Positions 58,852 through 64,000 of a stretch of DNA of 64,000 nt are shown one piece after another. A model generated the notes under the pieces. It saw only the letters and a list, made by a program, of their open reading frames with translations, made no database searches and had not been told where the DNA came from. Numbering within the stretch: the first letter of the stretch is position 1; every line of letters starts with the position of its first letter. The translations under genes and the position numbers were made by a program. The stretch comes from Bdellovibrionales bacterium (GTDB taxonomy: Bacteria > Bdellovibrionota > Bdellovibrionia > Bdellovibrionales > UBA1609), in assembly GCA_050246815.1 (NCBI GenBank), contig JBFWVI010000005.1:41292-105291 (forward strand), given 5' to 3'.

Positions 58852-60899
58852 GTGCCTGGCTCCTTGATTTTAGGCGATCGAACCGTGACCGTGATCTCTT
58901 CGCTCGAGGGATTTTCCCGGGCCACCTCTTGGGCCAAATCTTCAGGCACCACCAAGTCGCCCGATAAGAGTGCGTCTTGTTCAACCACCTTCAGTCCCGA
59001 AAAAGTAACTTCATCCAAAGCCGGCGCCACAGGCAGCGGATCCACCGAGGTGCCGGAAAGCGGCTTGCTCAATCCATTCGCGGGTGCCGACTCAGGCTTC
59101 AAAGTGGGCTTGATTTCCATTTTGCTGGTCCGGCTGTGGGAGGCCGGAAACTCTATAATTATCTTGGTGCCCTGACCCGCGCCTGCGGACTCGGCGCGCA
59201 CTTGGCCGCCAAGAGATTTGACGATTCCCTTCACCACGGTCAGCCCTAAACCTTTGTGCTGCTCGCTGCCCTTGGTGGTGTAGAAAGGATCGAAGAGTTT
59301 GGGCAGCTGAGTTTTTTCAATGCCACTGCCGTTATCTTCGATCACAACAGTGACCGTGGTGTCACTGACCAAGCTTGAAACCTTCAACAAGCGCTCCGCT
59401 GTTTTGCTGGTGGCTTCGACCGCATTTTTGATCACTTCTTCTAGGGCCGTTTGCAATTGGCCGGCGTGAGCCTGAATGGGGGCTGACTGCAAGAGTTCCT
59501 TCACCACTTTCACATTGTGACTCGAGATCAAACCTTTTTGCGCGCCCAATGCGGCCAGTACCACGTCTTGGGTTTCGACTCGCGAGCGCGGGAAGCGGTC
59601 TTCGCCGCTCAAGCGCAAAAGATTTTCGATGGTGTCGCGTGCCTTGCGAGTTTCGCGCTCGATCACCACAAAATGCTCTTTCATCTCTTCATTGCCACTT
59701 TTTCCACGGGCCAGTTGGGCCTGAGCCAAAACCGCAGCCAACGGATCACGAAGTGCATCGGCCAGCCCCACGCTGATTTCTTTGTAGGCGCCCATTTTTT
59801 GGGCCTCGGCTTGGTTGGATGCGGCCGGTGTCGCGGATTCACCCAAACTCATTCCCGCCAATTTTTCGATGTAGTCGTGTAAGGGATCAAGATACGGATT
59901 GCCACGCGGGAAAAATCCCACCGGCTGACCATGCGCCAAAGCCATCAATTGGCCTTGCAGGTAGCCAAAAGCGCTTTCTAACGGCGACAAGAACCAAAAG
60001 CCCACGGCCACACCGATCAAAGAAAGCGCCACTGCGAAAATTAAAAAAGCCAATAAAAGACGGGGCAACATAGCCCAACTGTTTTCAGCCGGTAGTGTGG
60101 CCACCACATACAGATTTGAGCCTTCAACTTTGTAGCTGGCGGCCAACACAGGCTTTTTATTGCGATTTTGCGTGTTCATTTGGCCACTAACCTCGCGCCG
60201 ACGCAAAACTTCACTTACCGGCGGATAAGAATCCACCAATGAAGCGCCCACATAAGCCTGCTCACTGAAGGCCAAAGCAACTCCGCGCTCATCCACCACG
60301 GCGATTTCGGTATCGGAGCCCAAAAAGGCCTCACTTACGGATGTGAGTGCTGTCGCGGGTAGAAAGCCCACGGCCACCACCGACTCCGCACCGTCTTTCA
60401 ATTGCGAGATCAGCAAAAACAAGGGTTGTTGAGCTGGACCACTCACGCGAAACCAAGTGTTAGCGTTGTCTTTTGCCGACTCCACCGGCAAGTCCTGCAA
60501 TACACTTTTGGTATAACTTTCAGGCCAACGCGAACTCATGCCGGGCCGTTGGCGCACCCAGCTGGTTTGCCAACGATCGGTGAAGCGCATAAGCGCCACG
60601 GCTTGAAACGGGCTGTTGTTCAATGCGCTATTTAGGGCCTCTTCGGTTGCCGGCGACAATCCTAACTGGCGCCCCGTCTGCTCACGACTGGTTAAGTCGA
60701 TCATACGCTCATGCAAAGTGCTGTTGGCCATTTCGACCAATTGCCTGGCCGCCGCCGCCTGCCGCTCAACAAAGTCACGCCGCATTTTTTGTGTTTGCAC
60801 TTGATCCAACTCGACGTAGCGCCAGAGCGAGAGCCCAATGGTTGCGAAGACCAGGCCCACAACTAACAAAACCAAAGAGATACGAATCCGGCTATTCAT
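58848..60899 (-). CDS. Membrane sensor kinase-like protein lacking the H-box His
   Basis: Two TMs with a Cache-like loop; 'GLADALRDPL' H-box; intact N, G1, F and G2 boxes. Confidence 0.85.
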   Translation of the reverse strand: MNSRIRISLVLLVVGLVFATIGLSLWRYVELDQVQTQKMRRDFVERQAAAARQLVEMANSTLHERMIDLTSREQTGRQLGLSPATEEALNSALNNSPFQAVALMRFTDRWQTSWVRQRPGMSSRWPESYTKSVLQDLPVESAKDNANTWFRVSGPAQQPLFLLISQLKDGAESVVAVGFLPATALTSVSEAFLGSDTEIAVVDERGVALAFSEQAYVGASLVDSYPPVSEVLRRREVSGQMNTQNRNKKPVLAASYKVEGSNLYVVATLPAENSWAMLPRLLLAFLIFAVALSLIGVAVGFWFLSPLESAFGYLQGQLMALAHGQPVGFFPRGNPYLDPLHDYIEKLAGMSLGESATPAASNQAEAQKMGAYKEISVGLADALRDPLAAVLAQAQLARGKSGNEEMKEHFVVIERETRKARDTIENLLRLSGEDRFPRSRVETQDVVLAALGAQKGLISSHNVKVVKELLQSAPIQAHAGQLQTALEEVIKNAVEATSKTAERLLKVSSLVSDTTVTVVIEDNGSGIEKTQLPKLFDPFYTTKGSEQHKGLGLTVVKGIVKSLGGQVRAESAGAGQGTKIIIEFPASHSRTSKMEIKPTLKPESAPANGLSKPLSGTSVDPLPVAPALDEVTFSGLKVVEQDALLSGDLVVPEDLAQEVARENPSSEEITVTVRSPKIKEPGT

Positions 60900-61008
60900 A
60901 ATACCTTCCATGGATTAAGTCCGTGGTTTTATTCTATTTTTGAAGACCTGACGAAAGCAAGGAAAGGGGGCTGCAAGGATTTGCTAATGCAGCGCATAAA
61001 AGTCTAGA

Positions 61009-62604
61009 TTGACCACGATGAAACAAGAAGCCGAAGTTTTGATCATTGGTTCGGGTTTGGCCGGCCTGGCTTTGGCTCTGAAGCTGGCGCCGTCGCACCA
61101 AGTGACCGTGGTCAGCAAAGCTCAAGTGCCAATCAACAATACGGCTATGGCCCAAGGTGGAATCGCCGCCGTTCAAAATTCTGCGGAGGATTCGTTCGCG
61201 AAACATGTGCAAGATACTTTGCAAGCCGGCGCGGGCCTTTGTGACGTGCAAGTGGTGACGCAAATCATCGAGCAAGCCCCCGCCCGAGTTCAAGACCTGC
61301 TGAATTGGGGGGTACGCTTCGATATCAAAGACGGACAAAACAATTTTGATTTGACACGCGAAGGCGGCCACCAAGCACGAAGGATCTTACATCACGGCGA
61401 TCAAACCGGCGCCGAGATTCACGCTCAGCTTTTAGCGCGCGTGCGCGGCGAGCCCCATATCACTTTACTTGAAGAAGAAATGGCTGTTGAGCTGATCTGT
61501 GAACGCCACCGCGTGGTGGGCGCTTACATCTTAAAGAAGGCCGATGGCCAGGTGACCCCATTCTTAAGCAAGGCCACGGTGCTGGCCACCGGGGGGGCGG
61601 GCAAAGTTTATCTTTACACATCGAATTGGCACGGCGCCACGGGTGACGGCATCGCCTTGGCTTATCGTGCCGGGGCAAGAGTGGGCAACCTGGAGTTCAT
61701 GCAATTTCACCCCACCTGCCTGTATCACCCGCAAGCCCGCAACTTTTTAATCTCGGAGGCCCTGCGTGGAGAAGGTGGCGTCTTACGCAACCGACACGAC
61801 GAAGCTTTTATGGGCCGCTATCATCCGATGGCTTCCTTAGCACCAAGGGACATCGTAGCCCGGGCCATCGACAACGAAATGAAAAAAAGCGGCGACGTTT
61901 GCGTTTTTTTGGACCTGACTCATAAACCTAAAGATTTTTTATTGAAGCGTTTCCCCGCGATTTATGCCAAGTGCCTTGAGCATGGCATCGACATGAGCAT
62001 GCAACCGATTCCGGTCGTGCCCGCGGCCCATTACCTATGTGGCGGAGTGATGACGGATGTAAATGGCCGCACCAGCGTGGAGGGCCTTTACGCCATCGGC
62101 GAAACCGCCTGCACCGGGCTTCATGGCGCAAACCGTTTAGCCTCGAACTCGCTGCTTGAGTGCATCGCCATGGCTCACAACTGCGCCGAAGAATTGAAAC
62201 TGAAATTACCCCACTGGCATTTCAGCCCTGCGGCTTTGGCTTGGGGCGGTCATGACAAACCTGATGCTGATGAACTTGTGGTGGTGGCGCACACCTGGGA
62301 CGAAATACGCCGACTGATGTGGAATTATGTCGGCATTGTGCGATCGAATCGCCGCTTGCAAAGTGCCAAGCGCCGCCTTGAAACCATCTGGCGTGAAGTG
62401 CAAGAGCAAGAAGCCCAATTTAAAATTCACCCTGAGATCGTGGAACTTAGAAATTTGGCTTTAGTGGCAAAGCTGACGGTGGAGTGTGCCTTGCAACGGC
62501 AAGAATCGCGTGGGATTCACTACTCTTTGGATTTTCCCGATCTAGGAGCCCAAGCTCTAAATACCGTTATCGAACCGTCATCTTTTAAAACCGACCAGGC
62601 CTAG
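61009..62604 (+). CDS. nadB: L-aspartate oxidase
   Basis: GSGLAG, AQGGIA, REGGH, QFHPT, HGANRLASNSLLE and ESRG motifs; start may be ATG 61018. Confidence 0.95.
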   Translation: MTTMKQEAEVLIIGSGLAGLALALKLAPSHQVTVVSKAQVPINNTAMAQGGIAAVQNSAEDSFAKHVQDTLQAGAGLCDVQVVTQIIEQAPARVQDLLNWGVRFDIKDGQNNFDLTREGGHQARRILHHGDQTGAEIHAQLLARVRGEPHITLLEEEMAVELICERHRVVGAYILKKADGQVTPFLSKATVLATGGAGKVYLYTSNWHGATGDGIALAYRAGARVGNLEFMQFHPTCLYHPQARNFLISEALRGEGGVLRNRHDEAFMGRYHPMASLAPRDIVARAIDNEMKKSGDVCVFLDLTHKPKDFLLKRFPAIYAKCLEHGIDMSMQPIPVVPAAHYLCGGVMTDVNGRTSVEGLYAIGETACTGLHGANRLASNSLLECIAMAHNCAEELKLKLPHWHFSPAALAWGGHDKPDADELVVVAHTWDEIRRLMWNYVGIVRSNRRLQSAKRRLETIWREVQEQEAQFKIHPEIVELRNLALVAKLTVECALQRQESRGIHYSLDFPDLGAQALNTVIEPSSFKTDQA

Positions 62605-62708
62605 TGTTGACTGGATATAGGTCAGGGATCCCGCTTGCGACATTCAAGTCATTCTTGACTGTGTTTATTGCCTCACCTGTAATTAAAGAGCACATTTAAG
62701 CGCCATGG

Positions 62709-63641
62709 ATGGTTATGAAAATATTTTCCGCTTTACCCGCGACGGGCTGGCAAAAATCCGAGAGTGGCCGGATTCTTAAATACAAAACAGTATTTGTCCA
62801 CCTGATGGTGCCTGTCGCCTTCTTCGTGCCCTATCGCACAGAGCTTTTGGTCTGGGGTTTGGTTTGTTACTTCAGCTATGTGTTTTTCTGGGAGTGTGGT
62901 TCACATCGTTATTTTTCACATCGTAGCTTCAAAACCTCACGCGTCTTTCAGTTTCTTTTAGCCTTAGGCGCGGCCATAAGTGGCATGCGCGGCCCACTTT
63001 GGTGGGCCAGCCACCACCGCCTTCATCATCGTTACTCTGATACCCCGCAAGATCCACACTCACCGCTTCATCGCGGCTTTTGGTATTCGCATATGGGATG
63101 GTTGTTTGAGGGCCATACTGTCGACACGGACCTGGATTCGGTTAAAGACTTCTCGAGCTACCCCGAACTCGTCTGGTTAAACCGTTATCACAACGAGGTT
63201 ATGATTTTGTGGGCCACCTTGATCATTTTGCTGGGGCAGTTCACCACCGCATTCGGTCAAGTGGGGCTTGGTTTAAGTGCCTTCGTGTGGCTGTTTTGTA
63301 TTCCATTGGCCCTTAATCTTCAGGCTGCTTTTGTGATCAATTCACTGACTCATGGAACTAAACCTAATCTTTTTTTTCACCGTCGCTTTGAAACAAAAGA
63401 TTCGACCACCAACAGCTGGCTGCTTAGTATTCCCACCATGGGTTGCTCTTGGCACAACAACCATCATCGCTTTATGAAAGCAGCCCGGGCAGGCTTTGTT
63501 TGGTGGCAGGTGGATCCGACATATATGATTTTGCGAGTGTTGAAAATATTTGGCGTCGTTTGGGAGCTGACTGCGGTGCCCGTGCAGATCATCAAAGAAG
63601 GCTGGCCGGCAACAGGCACAGACTCCCGCCCTCAGGCCTAA
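62709..63641 (+). CDS. Acyl-CoA/fatty-acid desaturase (delta-9-like)
   Basis: His boxes HRYFSH, HRLHH and HNNHH. Confidence 0.92.
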   Translation: MVMKIFSALPATGWQKSESGRILKYKTVFVHLMVPVAFFVPYRTELLVWGLVCYFSYVFFWECGSHRYFSHRSFKTSRVFQFLLALGAAISGMRGPLWWASHHRLHHRYSDTPQDPHSPLHRGFWYSHMGWLFEGHTVDTDLDSVKDFSSYPELVWLNRYHNEVMILWATLIILLGQFTTAFGQVGLGLSAFVWLFCIPLALNLQAAFVINSLTHGTKPNLFFHRRFETKDSTTNSWLLSIPTMGCSWHNNHHRFMKAARAGFVWWQVDPTYMILRVLKIFGVVWELTAVPVQIIKEGWPATGTDSRPQA

Positions 63642-63645
63642 GGCT

Positions 63646-63954
63646 TCAGGCTGCTGGCCCCGGCCCAGGGTTTCGGATCAGATTGTACAACCCGGCTGCA
63701 AGCCTGTCGGCTTTTGCCTCTAGGGCTTTTTCGTTGAGTATGTCTAGCAACGCCTGTGTTTCACGCAGTGAACCGAAGGCTATTTTGAAAAACCGAACTC
63801 GGTCCTTACCGTCTTTCCCGCTTCCTTCCGCCAGGTTCAGGACGATCGACAGTGAGGCCCGTTTCAGTTGATCACGAACTTCGCCTGTGACCTTAAGGGA
63901 CTGCGTCGCGTGGAACAATTCTTTGGCGAGTTGGTAGGTTCTAAATGATTTCAT
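63646..63954 (-). CDS. Four-helix-bundle protein (23S rRNA IVS/Avd-like family)
   Basis: 'RDQLKRASLSIVLNLAEG...RFFKIAFGSLRE'; AGGAG SD. Confidence 0.9.
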   Translation of the reverse strand: MKSFRTYQLAKELFHATQSLKVTGEVRDQLKRASLSIVLNLAEGSGKDGKDRVRFFKIAFGSLRETQALLDILNEKALEAKADRLAAGLYNLIRNPGPGPAA

Positions 63955-64000
63955 ATTGGAGTCTCCTTGTTTTGGGGAGCGGAAATTCGCGCCCCTGCCC

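Overview
A 64-kb chromosomal window, roughly 50% GC. The gene content points to a Bdellovibrio-like predator (Bdellovibrionota; inference from the Glt-type gliding operon, GYF-PilZ protein, many exported orphans and subtilase). Housekeeping genes include fliC, a sigma54 activator, xerC, gmhB, recO, ugd, nuoB-CD-E-F-G-I, a heterodimeric ABC exporter, rsmI, yhaM, purH, mlaEFD, alr, nadB and a desaturase. No rRNA, tRNA, CRISPR array or intact transposase or prophage was seen. The most notable signals are: (1) two ~76-bp long hairpins 23 kb apart with GTAG...CTAC ends and compensated differences, suggesting a REPIN-like family; (2) an unannotated unit at 24.4-25.0 kb made of a promoter, a 40-aa sORF, a densely structured RNA and a 79-aa ORF, next to an HNH-element remnant; (3) a His-less pseudo-kinase coupled to a pseudo-REC/degenerate GGDEF protein with an intact I-site; (4) a sigma28-driven GYF-GYF-PilZ gene heading a motor-less Glt gliding operon; (5) other candidates: an IscS-fold pseudo-enzyme, an exported Clp-D2-like protein, a large transglutaminase-like exported protein and an MlaD with a C-terminal beta-barrel. 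All calls were made by eye; no database search was run.
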